Position numbers and translations under genes: made by a program
Notes under the pieces: model-generated
Told to the model about the DNA's origin: nothing
What the model saw: only the letters and a program-made list of their open reading frames with translations
Database searches by the model: none
In this document: positions 52,603-64,000 of the stretch, one piece after another
Numbering within the stretch: the stretch's first letter is position 1
Layout of the letters: the number at the start of each line of letters is the position of its first letter
From: Macrostomum hystrix
Lineage: Eukaryota > Animalia > Platyhelminthes
Assembly (NCBI GenBank): GCA_950097015.1
Contig: CATNEN010000001.1
Coordinates: forward strand, 25,606,001-25,670,000
Length of the DNA stretch: 64,000 nucleotides
Direction: 5' to 3'

Positions 52603-55146
52603 ATGGACAAACACAAGGACAAGATGAATGGCTCACAATGCACCTGCTCAAATCCAGAATCATGTGCCACTGCTATGCAGCTCAAAATGGTCATATCCTG
52701 GGCTGTTAACTATAGTGTAAGTCGTGATTTGGTAATGAAAGCTTGGGATCTCATTTTTTATTTTAAAACAAATTCTGCTATAAAACTCCTTGCATGAATT
52801 TTAGTTGAGTCAGCTAGACTCAGTCTCTGAGCATGAGTCTCTGGCTGCAGAAGATTTCATTGGTGTTCACAAGGTCACCGTGTCTATGGAACATTTGCGA
52901 GTGTAACTTTCTCATGCTCAAGTATTGACTTTTATTTCAATTAATAAGCTTTAGATTCTTAGTTTTCTATGAATAACAATATTAGAGTCTACTAATTAGA
53001 TGACGAGGCATATAAGTGCACAAAATACAGTATAGTTACTCCTGTCGTTTACCTGAGTGCAATACAGGTGCTTACACTATCTAAATGGAAGTGCACTTGA
53101 TACTTGCAGCAACAGCAGCGGCCTGCCAAGCAGCTTCGAGGTCAAAGAGTACAGTCCTCGAGTCTTTGCTCATCTTCGTTTTCAATTCGGTTCGGGTCGC
53201 CCAAATGGAGTTGCAGGCGAGTTCAGCGAGCTGTTCCGCGCCTCCTGGACCTTCCAGCCACCAGCCTGGGACACGGACTGTCGGGGCCATTCAAACAGCA
53301 GGTTCTTGCGATCAGCTGACCGCGCATTCTATGCTAAGACTATTGCGAGAGCCGAGGCTGTCACACTGCGGCAGATGCTGTCCGACTATTGGAGTCACGT
53401 GACTGCCAGCCACAGTGCCAGCATGCTGCCACAGCTTCTGGCACTCTACCGCATCAGCATGGCTGGCTCCAAGTTCTACATATTGATCATGAGGTGAGCG
53501 ACCTCCGCAACTGATAATAAGGGATGGGGAGGTCAGGGAGATGGCTGAGGGAGGTCAGGGAGATGGCTGAGGGAGATCAGGGTGATGCCTGAGGGAGGTC
53601 AGGGTGATGGCTGACGGGAGGTCAGGGTGATGGCTGAGGGAGGTCAGGGAGATGGCTGAGGGAGGTCAGGGTGATGGCTGAGGGAGGTCAGGGTGATGGC
53701 TGACGGGAGTCAGCAGTTCCATGGGTACAGTACACCAGGTAATACTGATAATAAGGGATGGGGAGGTCAGGGAGATGGCTGAGGGAGGTCAGGGTGATGG
53801 CTGAGGGAGGTCAGGGTGATGGCTGTGGTCAGGGTGATGGCTGAGGTCAGGGTGATGGCTGAGGGAGGTCAGGGTGATGGCTGAGGGAGGTCAGTGTGAT
53901 GGCTGAGGTCAGGGTGATGGCTGAGGTCAGGGTGATGGCTGAGGGAGGTCAGGGTGATTGCTGAGGGAGGTCAGGGTGATGACTGAGGTCAGGGTCATGG
54001 CTGAGGGAGGTCAGAGGAATGCTGAGGGAGGTCAGGGTGATGGCTGAGGGAGGTCAGGGTGATGGCTGAGGGAGGTCAGGGTGATGGCTGAGGTCAGGGT
54101 GATGGCTGAGGGAGGTCAGGGTGATGGCTGAGGGAGGTCAGGGTGATGGCTGAGGGAGGTCAGGGTGATGACTGAGGTCAGGGTCATGGCTGAGGGAGGT
54201 CAGAGGAATGCTGAGGGAGGTCAGGGTGATGGCTGACGGGAGTCAGCAGTTCCATGGGTACAGTACACCAGGTATTCTCTCCCTCAGCTCCGTGTTCAAC
54301 AGCAGTCATCCGCTGATACGCAAATTCGACCTCAAAGGCTGCAGCGTGGCCCGCAGCGCCACCAAGGCGGACGTCTCCAGCCAGGGCGTGCCCACCCTGA
54401 AGGACTTGGACTTCGCAAAGACTGGCGAGTGCTTGCTTGTTGGGCCCGCTGTTAAATCGGCAATCATGGAATGCCTGAGGCGAGATGTGCAGTTTCTGCA
54501 GCAGCACAACACAATGGACTATTCTCTGCTGGTGGGGGTGCACGAGTGGTCTGAGGACTGCGGGAACCAGCGGGAACATTGTGAGAATTCGCTTTTATCC
54601 GAGCTTGTTTTTGTTTTATCCTATCATATGTTTCTATTTATTCCAAGTTAAAATCCTTGACTGTTTCCTTCATGATTTTAGTGCCATAATTCCATTCTTT
54701 GCCTTCAACGATTCCGGACTTTCCTACCCCTTGTCTTTATCCCATTCAGTCTTTGTCTAATCAAAATTCGTTATCATTATTGCATTATCATCAACGTCAT
54801 CTCATCATCAACAGCATCATCAGCAGCAGCATCATCATCATCAGCAGCAGCAGCAGCAGCCTTCAGCTCATCAGGTGTGTTCGATCGCTACCTGATCCCA
54901 TCGTTAATTAGCAGTCCAGATGTCTCAATCGATCAGTCGGGCTCGAGTCGCAGGTGCAAGCAGCAGTTCTACAGCCTTGGCGTGATTGACATCCTCACTA
55001 ACTACGGCTGGATGAAGCGAGCCGCCAGCGTCTGCAAGCGAGTCCGATACCCGGCTGCTGGCGGCTCTGCCAACACGTTCAGCACTGTGCCACCAGCCCA
55101 GTACGCTGACAGGTTTCTAGGCTTTGCCGAGTCCTGCTTCCAGTGA
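52603..55146 (+). CDS. PIP4K2: Phosphatidylinositol-5-phosphate 4-kinase (type II PIP kinase), divergent
   Basis: Phase-consistent exons 52603-52716, 52805-52902, 53110-53493, 54288-54580, ~54875-55146. Motifs SWAVNYS (cf. MWGVNHS), FEVKEYSPRVF, YAKTI, LPQLLALYR, KFDLKGC, PTLKDLDF, MDYSLLVGVH, GVIDILTNY, STVPPAQYADRF. Activation loop KRAAS has the type II Ala rather than the type I Glu. Confidence 0.9.
53525..54238. repeat. Intronic 22-bp minisatellite gggaggtcagggtgatggctga (PIP4K intron 3)
   Basis: Fills most of the intron 53494-54287. Confidence 0.95.
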
Positions 55147-55211
55147 CAGCCCTGACAGTCTGGGGACAGTCAGTTCTCGGATTTGGAAGTCACTGAACAG
55201 ACTTTGACACT

Positions 55212-55402
55212 TTATTCAGCCTGTTCAGTCCGTGGACTGGGGGCCGCAAGGTACACTGAAATGTCCACCTTAGCTGATGCTGGTTCCCATTTAGCCAGCT
55301 GGGTGAACTGAAGCACTGGGCAATGAGGCGTCTTACTCAAGGACTCAAAATGTTTCGCTTTTTCTGAGGTTTGAACTCCCGACCCTTGACTACACAAACT
55401 CC
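55212..55402 (-). mobile_element. Degenerate tRNA/CORE-like SINE
   Basis: Minus strand reads gggagttcaaacc (B box) ... ccttgagtaagacgcc ... cagttcacccagctggctaaatgggaacc, which resembles a CORE-type SINE body. Confidence 0.55.
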
Positions 55403-55513
55403 ATTAGGATTAATTAGCAAGATTAATTATCTCTGTGATATAAACTTACGATAGTTAAATCACTACTTTCAGTTTGGTTTCCATTTTTTTGACGAAACTG
55501 TCGCGTACAGCTT

Positions 55514-55938
55514 TATTATAATAATAATAATAATAAAATAATAATGATAATAATAATAATAAGAATAAGAATAAAATAATAATGATGATAATAACTGCAG
55601 GAGGGCTGCAGGCAATGGCACTTTGGTGACACTAGACCCGCAGCCAGCGAGGAGGCAATCGTGCGCATTAAGCTGACTCCTGAGCACACACGCACACAGA
55701 TACTGTACGCAGGCATACGCTCGCACAGGTGTGTACATCTGCCCTGACTTTCTCATCGTCAGGCAGTGTACACTCGAACTGTGCCTTGGAGGTCGGCCCT
55801 CAAGGGCGTAAATTGCACGACAAGCCCCCAAGCCTTCTCTCCATCGTTATCCCAAATAAATGTGGCCTCGCCGCGGAATCGAGCTCAAGGACCTTGGTGC
55901 GAGAGGCAACGCGTTGACCGCTCAGCCACCGACCCCCC
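55514..55938 (-). mobile_element. tRNA-derived SINE, apparently full length
   Basis: Minus-strand head gggggtcggtggctgagcgg (A box) ... gctcgattcc (B box); (TTA)n tail 55514-55593; direct repeat cgcgtacagctt at 55502-55513 and 55949-55960. Related fragment at about 13316-13376. Confidence 0.8.
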
Positions 55939-56466
55939 TTAATTATTCCGCGTACAGCTTAATAAAAGCGATAAATTAATGAGAGCTTTCGCTGTCCTTG
56001 ACATTTGATTTCGGATTTCAGCTATTATTCCTAGGAATAGTACATTTATTGAGGTAACCAGTAACAGTAAGAGAATGGGAACTGTTTTCAATGAAAATAA
56101 ACTTAGCACACGCATTATAATACTTTCAGGCCTCTGTAAGGCTGCCTAATTTTATGGCTTGTTAAATTTCCTGATTTCTGATCTCTGAGCAGGTTTATTG
56201 AATCCCTTACTCAGTGATTTTGCTTGCAGCCTCTGCTTCGGCTATGAGTTGCTGATGTATTTAATTAAGTTTCAGTTTTTTGTATCTGTGCAATCTCTGC
56301 TAGTTGCACCGAACTCTATTTGAATGTGTGAGCACTTTCCACAGCATTTCCCTCTGTCTGCTTCGACAAGCTTGGGTTGTGTTTTTCAAATTGTCCGTGA
56401 TTTTTTTACTTTTTGCAGTGTGGCTTCCATGCTAGCTTGAGTTCTTCAAGAGAAAAGCCTATGACC

Positions 56467-58790
56467 GACTTCTGATCCCCATTCTAGGCTTCTGATCCCC
56501 AATCTAGACTTCTGATCCCCATTCTAGGCTTCTGATCCCCATTCTAGACTTCTGATCCCCATTCTAGACTTCTGATCCCCATTCTAGACTTCTGATCCCC
56601 ATTCTAGGCTTCTGATCCCCATTCTAGACTTCTGATCCCCATTCTAGGCTTCTGATCCCCATTTTAGACTTCTGATCCCCATTCTAGACTTCTGATCCCC
56701 ATTCTAGGCTTCTGATCCCCATTCTAGACTTCTGATCCCCATTCTAGACTTCTGATCCCCATTCTAGACTTCTGATCCACATTCTAGGCTTCTGATCCCC
56801 ATTCTAGACTTCTGATCCCCATTCTAGGCTTCTGATCCCCATTCTAGACTTCTGATCCCCATTCTAGACTTCTGATCCCCATTCTAGACTTCTGATCCCC
56901 ATTCTAGACTTCTGATCCCCATTCTAGACTTCTGATCCCCATTCTAGGCTTCTGATCCCCATTCTAGACTTCTGATCCCCATTCTAGGCTTCTGATTCCC
57001 ATTCTAGACCTCTGATCCCCATTCTAGACTTCTGATCCCCATTCTAGGCTTCTGATCCCCATTCTAGACTTCTGATCCCCATTCTAGACTTCTGATCCCC
57101 ATTCTAGACTTCTGATCCCCATTCTAGGCTTCTGATCCCCATTCTAGACTTCTGATCCCCATTCTAGACTTCTGATCCCCATTCTAGACTTCTGATCCCC
57201 ATTCTAGACTTCTGATCCCCATTCTAGACTTCTGATCCCCATTCTAGGCTTCTGATCCCCATTCTAGACTTCTGATCCCCATTCTAGACTTCTGATCCAC
57301 ATTCTAGGCTTCTGATCCCCATTCTAGGCTTCTGATCCCCATTCTAGGCTTCTGATCCCCATTCTAGACTTCTGATCCCCATTCTAGGCTTCTGATCCCC
57401 ATTCTAGACTTCTGATCCCCATTCTAGGCTTCTGATCCCCATTCTAGGCTTCTGATCCCCATTCTAGGCTTCTGATCCCCATTCTAGACTTCTGATCCCC
57501 ATTCTAGGCTTCTGATCCCCATTCTAGACTTCTGATCCCCATTCTAGACTTCTGATCCCCATTCTAGACTTCTGATCCCCATTTTAGACTTCTGATCCAC
57601 ATTCTAGGCTTCTGATCCCCATTCTAGACTTCTGATCCCCATTCTAGACTTCTGATCCCCATTCTAGACTTCTGATCCCCATTCTAGACTTCTGATCCCC
57701 ATTCTAGACTTCTGATCCCCATTCTAGACTTCTGATCCCCATTCTAGACTTCTGATCCCCATTCTAGACTTCTGATCCCCATTCTAGACTTCTGATCCCC
57801 ATTCTAGGCTTCTGATCCCCATTCTAGACTTCTGATCCCCATTCTAGACTTCTGATCCCCATTCTAGGCTTCTGATTCCCATTCTAGACCTCTGATCCCC
57901 ATTCTAGACTTCTGATCCCCATTCTAGGCTTCTGATCCCCATTCTAGACTTCTGATCCCCATTCTAGACTTCTGATCCCCATTCTAGACTTCTGATCCCC
58001 ATTCTAGGCTTCTGATCCCCATTCTAGACTTCTGATCCCCATTCTAGACTTCTGATCCCCATTCTAGACTTCTGATCCCCATTCTAGACTTCTGATCCCC
58101 ATTCTAGACTTCTGATCCCCATTCTAGGCTTCTGATCCCCATTCTAGACTTCTGATCCCCATTCTAGACTTCTGATCCACATTCTAGGCTTCTGATCCCC
58201 ATTCTAGGCTTCTGATCCCCATTCTAGGCTTCTGATCCCCATTCTAGACTTCTGATCCCCATTCTAGGCTTCTGATCCCCATTCTAGACTTCTGATCCCC
58301 ATTCTAGGCTTCTGATCCCCATTCTAGGCTTCTGATCCCCATTCTAGGCTTCTGATCCCCATTCTAGACTTCTGATCCCCATTCTAGGCTTCTGATCCCC
58401 ATTCTAGACTTCTGATCCCCATTCTAGACTTCTGATCCCCATTCTAGACTTCTGATCCCCATTTTAGACTTCTGATCCACATTCTAGGCTTCTGATCCCC
58501 ATTCTAGACTTCTGATCCCCATTCTAGACTTCTGATCCCCATTCTAGACTTCTGATCCCCATTCTAGACTTCTGATCCCCATTCTAGACTTCTGATCCCC
58601 ATTCTAGACTTCTGATCCCCATTCTAGACTTCTGATCCCCATTCTAGACTTCTGATCCCCATTCTAGACTTCTGATCCCCATTCTAGACTTCTGATCCCC
58701 ATTCTAGACTTCTGATCCCCATTCTAGACCTCTGATCCCCATTCTAGACTTCTGATCCCCATTCTAGACCTCTGATCCCCATTCTAGACT
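56467..58790. repeat. Minisatellite, 20-bp unit cttctgatccccattctagR
   Basis: About 116 units. Confidence 0.98.
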
Positions 58791-59029
58791 TTAGACTTCT
58801 AGATAGTTTGTATTTATTCCATTTAAATAAACTATTAAAATTCATATTTTGAGCTCATTAGAAGCAATTCAGTTGCAGTGTGTTGCATACCTCACTGAGC
58901 AGGTCACTGATTGATCTGGGGCAAATTTGCTTCTGTCTTGCTTGCTTTTTTAAGAACCTCAAAATAAAAATAAATTTGATTGATAGGTTCTCTGTGTACC
59001 GCTGTTCAGTCCGCGGACTGGGAACGCAC

Positions 59030-59526
59030 CCGAGTTTCTGCCCCAGCTGATGCCGGAACCCATTTAACAGCTTGGTGAACTGAAGCACCGAGTTTCTGCC
59101 CCAGCTGATGCCGGAACCCATTTAACAGCTGGGTAAACTGAAGCACCGAGTTTCTGCCCCAGCTGATGCTGGAACCCATTTAACAGCTGGGTAAACTGAA
59201 GCACCGAGTTTCTGCCCCAGCTGATGCTGGAACCCATTTAACAGCTTGGTGAACTGAAGCACCGAGTTTCTGCCCCAGCTGATGCTGGAACCCATTTAAC
59301 AGCTTGGTGAACTGAAGCACCGAGTTTCTGCCCCAGCTGATGCCGGAACCCATTTAACAGCTTGGTGAACTGAAGCACCGAGTTTCTGCCCCAGCTGATG
59401 CCGGAACCCATTTAACAGCTTGGTGAACTGAAGCACCGAGTTTCTGCCCCAGCTGATGCCGGAACCCATTTAACAGCTTGGTCAACTGAAGCACCGAGTT
59501 TCTGTCCCAGCTGATGCTGTAACCCT
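59030..59526. repeat. 58-bp tandem repeat related to a SINE core
   Basis: About 8.5 units of ccgagtttctgccccagctgatgccggaacccatttaacagcttggtgaactgaagca. Confidence 0.95.
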
Positions 59527-59751
59527 TTTCAATGGATATGGATATGGAATTAAGTAAGCAGGTAAAGATGTGGGTGTGCTTTTATTTATTGAAGTTCTGT
59601 GGAGGTCGCGACCCAATGAGTGCACACTCCATTGGTAAATCAACAAAAGTTCATCTTGCCATTTTGGGAAAATTTCATAATTGGTCATTTCACAATTAAG
59701 CTGCCAATACTGGTGCGCAGCTGGCAAACTGCTCAATATTTTACTCTATTT

Positions 59752-61640
59752 AGAGACAGGTAGAAAGGGAATGGGAGACAGGTAGATAGGGAATGGGAGA
59801 CAGGTAGATAGGGAATGGGAGACAGGTAGATAGGGAATGGGAGACAGGTAGATAGTGAGTGGGGAGACAGTGAGGGAATGGGGAGACAGGTAGATAGGGA
59901 ATGGGAGACAGGTAGATAGGGAATGGGAGACAGGTAGATAGAGAATGGGAGACAGGTAGATAGGGAATGGGAGACAGGTAGATAGGGAATGGGGAGACAG
60001 GTAGATAGGGAGTGGGGAGACAGGTAGATAGGGAATGAGAGACAGGCAGATAGGGAATGGGAGACAGGTAGATAGGGAGTGGGGAGACAGGTAGATAGGG
60101 AGTGGGGGAGACAGGTAGAAAGTGAGTGGGGAGACAGGTAGATAGGGAATGGGAGACAGGTAGATAGTGAGTGGGGAGACAGTCAGGGAATGGGGAGACA
60201 GGTAGATAGGGAATGGGAGACAGGTAGATAGGGAATGGGAGACAGGTAGATAGGGAATGGGAGACAGGTAGATAGAGAATGGGAGACAGGTAGATAGGGA
60301 ATGGGAGACAGGTAGATAGGGAATGGGGAGACAGGTAGATAGGGAGTGGGGAGACAGGTAGATAGGGAATGAGAGACAGGCAGATAGGGAATGGGAGACA
60401 GGTAGATAGGGAGTGGGGGAGACAGGTAGATAGTGAGTGGGGAGACAGGTAGATAGGGAATGGGAGACAGGTAGATAGTGAGTGGGGAGACAGTCAGGGA
60501 ATGGGGAGACAGGTAGATAGGGAATGGGAGACAGGTAGATAGGGAATGGGAGACAGGTAGATAGGGAATGGGAGACATGTAGATAGGGAATGGGAGACAG
60601 GTAGATAGGGAATGGGAGACAGGTAGATAGGGAGTGGGGAGACAGGTAGATAGGGAATGGGAGACAGGTAGATAGGGAATGGGAGACAGGTAGATAAGGA
60701 ATGGGAGACAGGTAGATAGGAAATGGGGAGATAGGTAGATAGGGAGTGGGGAGACAGGTAGATAGGGAATGGGAGACAGGTAGATAGGGAGTGGGGAGAC
60801 AGTCATAGGGAATGGGGAGACAGGTAGATAGGGAATGGGAGACAGGTAGATAGGGAATGAGAGACAGGTAGATAGGGAGTCGGGAGACAGGTAGATAGGG
60901 AGTGGGGAGACAGGTAGATAGGGAGTGGGGAGACAGGTAGATAGGGAATGGGAGACAGGTAGATAGGGAGTCGGGAGACAGGTAGATAGGGAGTGGGGAG
61001 ACAGGTAGATAGGGAGTGGGGAGACAGGTAGATAGGGAGTCGGGAGACAGGTAGATAGGGAGTGGGGAGACAGGTAAATAGGGAGTGGGGAGACAGGTAG
61101 ATAGGGAGTGGGGAGACAGGTAGATAGGGAGTGGGGAGACAGGTAGATAGGGAGTGGGGAGACAGGTAGATAGGGAGTCGGGAGACAGGTAGATAGGGAG
61201 TGGGGAGACAGGTAGATAGGGAGTTGGGAGACAGGTAGATAGGGAGTGGGGAGACAGGTAGATAGGGAGTGGGGAGACAGGTAGATAGGGAGTGGGGAGA
61301 CAGGTAGATAGGGAGTCGGGAGACAGGTAGATAGGGAGTGGGGAGACAGGTAGATAGGGAGTGGGGAGACAGTCATAGGGAATGGGGAGACAGGTAGATA
61401 GGGAATGGGAGACAGGTAGATAGGGAATGAGAGACAGGTAGATAGGGAGTCGGGAGACAGGTAGATAGGGAGTGGGGAGACAGGTAGATAGGGAGTTGGG
61501 AGACAGGTAGATAGGGAGTGGGGAGACAGGTAGATAGGGAGTGGGGAGACAGGTAGATAGGGAGTGGGGAGACAGGTAGATAGGGAGTCGGGAGACAGGT
61601 AGATAGGGAGTGGGGAGACAGGTAGATTGGGAGTGGGGAA
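59752..61640. repeat. Purine-rich minisatellite, 20-21 bp unit gggagacaggtagatagggaat/gagtg
   Basis: About 90 units. Confidence 0.97.
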
Positions 61641-62202
61641 TGGGCATTTGAGTTACTGAACAAGAGTCCAAACGATGCCATGATTAATAAAGCAGCTGAG
61701 AACAGATGAGTTGCTGGGATCAAAGAAGCCGTTACTGCTGTTCCCTGATGCTCCCGGATATTGGATATTTGATTCCCGCTAGCTGCCCTGACTCGCCCAC
61801 TTGTGCCAAAGTTTCATTCTCCTGCCTGAGTGAGGCTGCATCTGAGAATGAAAAAGAAATTAAAGGCCAGAATGGATGCTGTGTATTCCCCTTTCTTGGG
61901 AAGAATATTTGCTGAGCACACAGCCTGTGAGAGCTAGTCCAATATAGGTTTTGAGGCCATCATTCCGGTATAAATGAGCACACTGTGGACTCGTGGCATG
62001 ACGCATTCGTTTGTTCTGGGCCATCAGCCTTGGAAGCTAAGTGTATTTTCTATCATATGAGGACGATTCTTTGTCTAGCGATGAATACCTTAGGATTGCC
62101 CGTCTCTGAGTGTTGTTTTATACTATGGAATTCCCCATTTCTAAATTTTTAGATTTATTTTAGATGATGAGATTCCCTATCTCTAAGTAAATGTTTTACG
62201 TT

Positions 62203-64000
62203 GTGGGATTCCCCATCTCTTACTGCTGTTTTATGCTATGGGATTCCCCATCTCTTACTGCTGTTTTATGCTATGGGATTCCCCATCTCTTACTGCTGTT
62301 TTATGCTATGGGATTCCCCATCTCTTACTGCTGTTTTATGCTATGGGATTTCCCATCTCTTACTGCTGTTTTATGCTATAGGATTCCCCATCTCTTACTG
62401 CTGTTTTATGCTATGGGATTCCCCATCTCTTTCTGCTGTTTTATGCTATGGGATTCCCCATCTCCTACTGCTGTTTTATGCTATGGGATTCCCCATCTCT
62501 TACTGCTGTTTTATGCTATAGGATTCCCCATCTCTTACTGCTGTTTTATGCTATGGGATTCCCCATCTCTTATTGCTGTTTTGTGCTATGGGATTCCCCA
62601 TCTCTTTCTGCTGTTTTATGCTATGGGATTCCCCATCTCTTATTGCTGTTTTGTGCTATGGGATTCCCCATCTCTTTCTGCTGTTTTATGCTATGGGATT
62701 CCCCATCTCTTACTGCTGTTTTATGCTATGGGATTCCCCATCTCTTTCTGCTGTTTTATGCTATGGGATTCCCCATCTCCTACTGCTGTTTTATGCTATG
62801 GGATTCCCCATCTCTTACTGCTGTTTTATGCTATAGGATTCCCCATCTCTTACTGCTGTTTTATGCTATGGGATTCCCCATCTCTTACTGCTGTTTTATG
62901 CTATGGGATTCCCCATCTCTTACTGCTGTTTTATGCTATAGTATTCCCCATCTCTTACTGCTGTTTTATGCTATGGGATTTCCCATCTCTTACTGCTGTT
63001 TTATGCTATGGGATTCCCCATCTCTTACTGCTGTTTTATGCTATGGGATTCCCCATCTCTTACTGCTGTTTTATGCTATGGGATTCCCCATCTCTTTCTG
63101 CTGTTTTATGCTATGGGATTCCCCATCTCCTACTGCTGTTTTATGCTATGGGATTCCCCATCGCTTACTGCTGTTTTATGCTGTAGGATTCCCCATCTCT
63201 TACTGCTGTTTTATGCTATGGGATTCCCCATCTCTTACTGCTGTTTTATGCTATGGGATTCCCCATCTCTTACTGCTGTTTTATGCTATAGGATTCCCCA
63301 TCTCTTACTGCTGTTTTATGCTATGGGATTTCCCATCTCTTACTGCTGTTTTATGCTATGGGATTCCCCATCTCTTACTGCTGTTTTATGCTATGGGATT
63401 TCCCATCTCTTACTGCTGTTTTATTCTATAGGATTCCACATCTCTTACTGCTGTTTTATGCTATAGGATTCCACATTTCTTACTCCTGTTTTATGCTATG
63501 GGATTCCCCATCTCTTACTGCTGTTTTATGCTATGGGATTTCCCATCTCTTACTGCTGTTTTATGCTATGGGATTCCCCATCTCTTACTGCTGTTTTATG
63601 CTATGGGATTTCCCATCTCTTACTGCTGTTTTATGCCATGGGATTCCCCATCTCTTACTGCTGTTTTATGCTATAGGATTCCCCATCTCTTACTGCTGTT
63701 TTATGCTATGGGATTTCCCATCTCTTACTGCTGTTTTTTGCTATGGGATTCCCCATCTCTTACTGCTGTTTTATGCTATGGGATTTCCCATCTCTTACTG
63801 CTGTTTTATTCTATAGGATTCCACATTTCTTACTGCTGTTTTATGCTATGGGATTCCCCATCTCTTACTGCTGTTTTATGCTATGGGATTCCCCATCTCT
63901 TTCTGCTGTTTTATGCTATGGGATTCCCCATCTCCTACTGCTGTTTTATGCTATGGGATTCCCCATCGCTTACTGCTGTTTTATGCTGTAGGATTCCCCA
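62203..64000. repeat. Minisatellite, 35-bp unit ggattccccatctcttactgctgttttatgctatg (runs off the window)
   Basis: At least 50 units. Confidence 0.98.

Noticed and set aside
55865-55938. tRNA gene
   Set aside because: The tRNA-like head continues into a SINE body, tail and TSD, and the B box is degenerate.
59030-59526. Hammerhead ribozyme satellite
   Set aside because: The unit has ctgatgc rather than CUGANGA and no properly placed stem II/GAAA; SINE origin explains it.
59746-63991. Long ORFs in the 20-21 bp and 35-bp arrays
   Set aside because: Unit lengths are mostly not multiples of 3, so the peptides just cycle through frames.
3478-64000. CRISPR interpretation of the arrays
   Set aside because: Units are head-to-tail with no unique spacers, no cas genes are present, and the genes are eukaryotic and intron-containing.

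Overview
Eukaryotic (animal) genomic DNA: AT-rich intergenic sequence, GC-rich exons with short GT-AG introns, and about 20 minisatellite arrays with 19-61 bp units. The style suggests a flatworm such as Macrostomum (inference only). The window is mostly a tandem segmental duplication: copy 1 = <1-19942, copy 2 = 22846-52454. Between the copies lie the 3' exons of a FOG/ZFPM/U-shaped zinc-finger gene (19976-22262), cut off from its 5' end by the duplication junction. Each copy carries a + strand multi-exon gene with two 4-repeat ankyrin modules, followed by exons of a Ser/Thr kinase with an unusual HRDINCSN catalytic loop; these are probably one gene. The two paralogues have near-identical introns, yet their second ankyrin exon differs at 28 amino acids against 5 silent codons. 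Most changes sit on the beta-turn/helix-1 binding face, so this is a candidate diversifying ankyrin-kinase sensor family. Copy 2 also carries CACTA/EnSpm-like transposon remnants, nested MITEs and a P-like MITE. After the duplication come a complete, divergent 5-exon type II PIP kinase (PIP4K) gene (52603-55146), two tRNA-derived SINEs and more minisatellites. The very long ORFs in the ORF track are translations of tandem repeats. All comparisons were made by eye, so counts need confirming by alignment.
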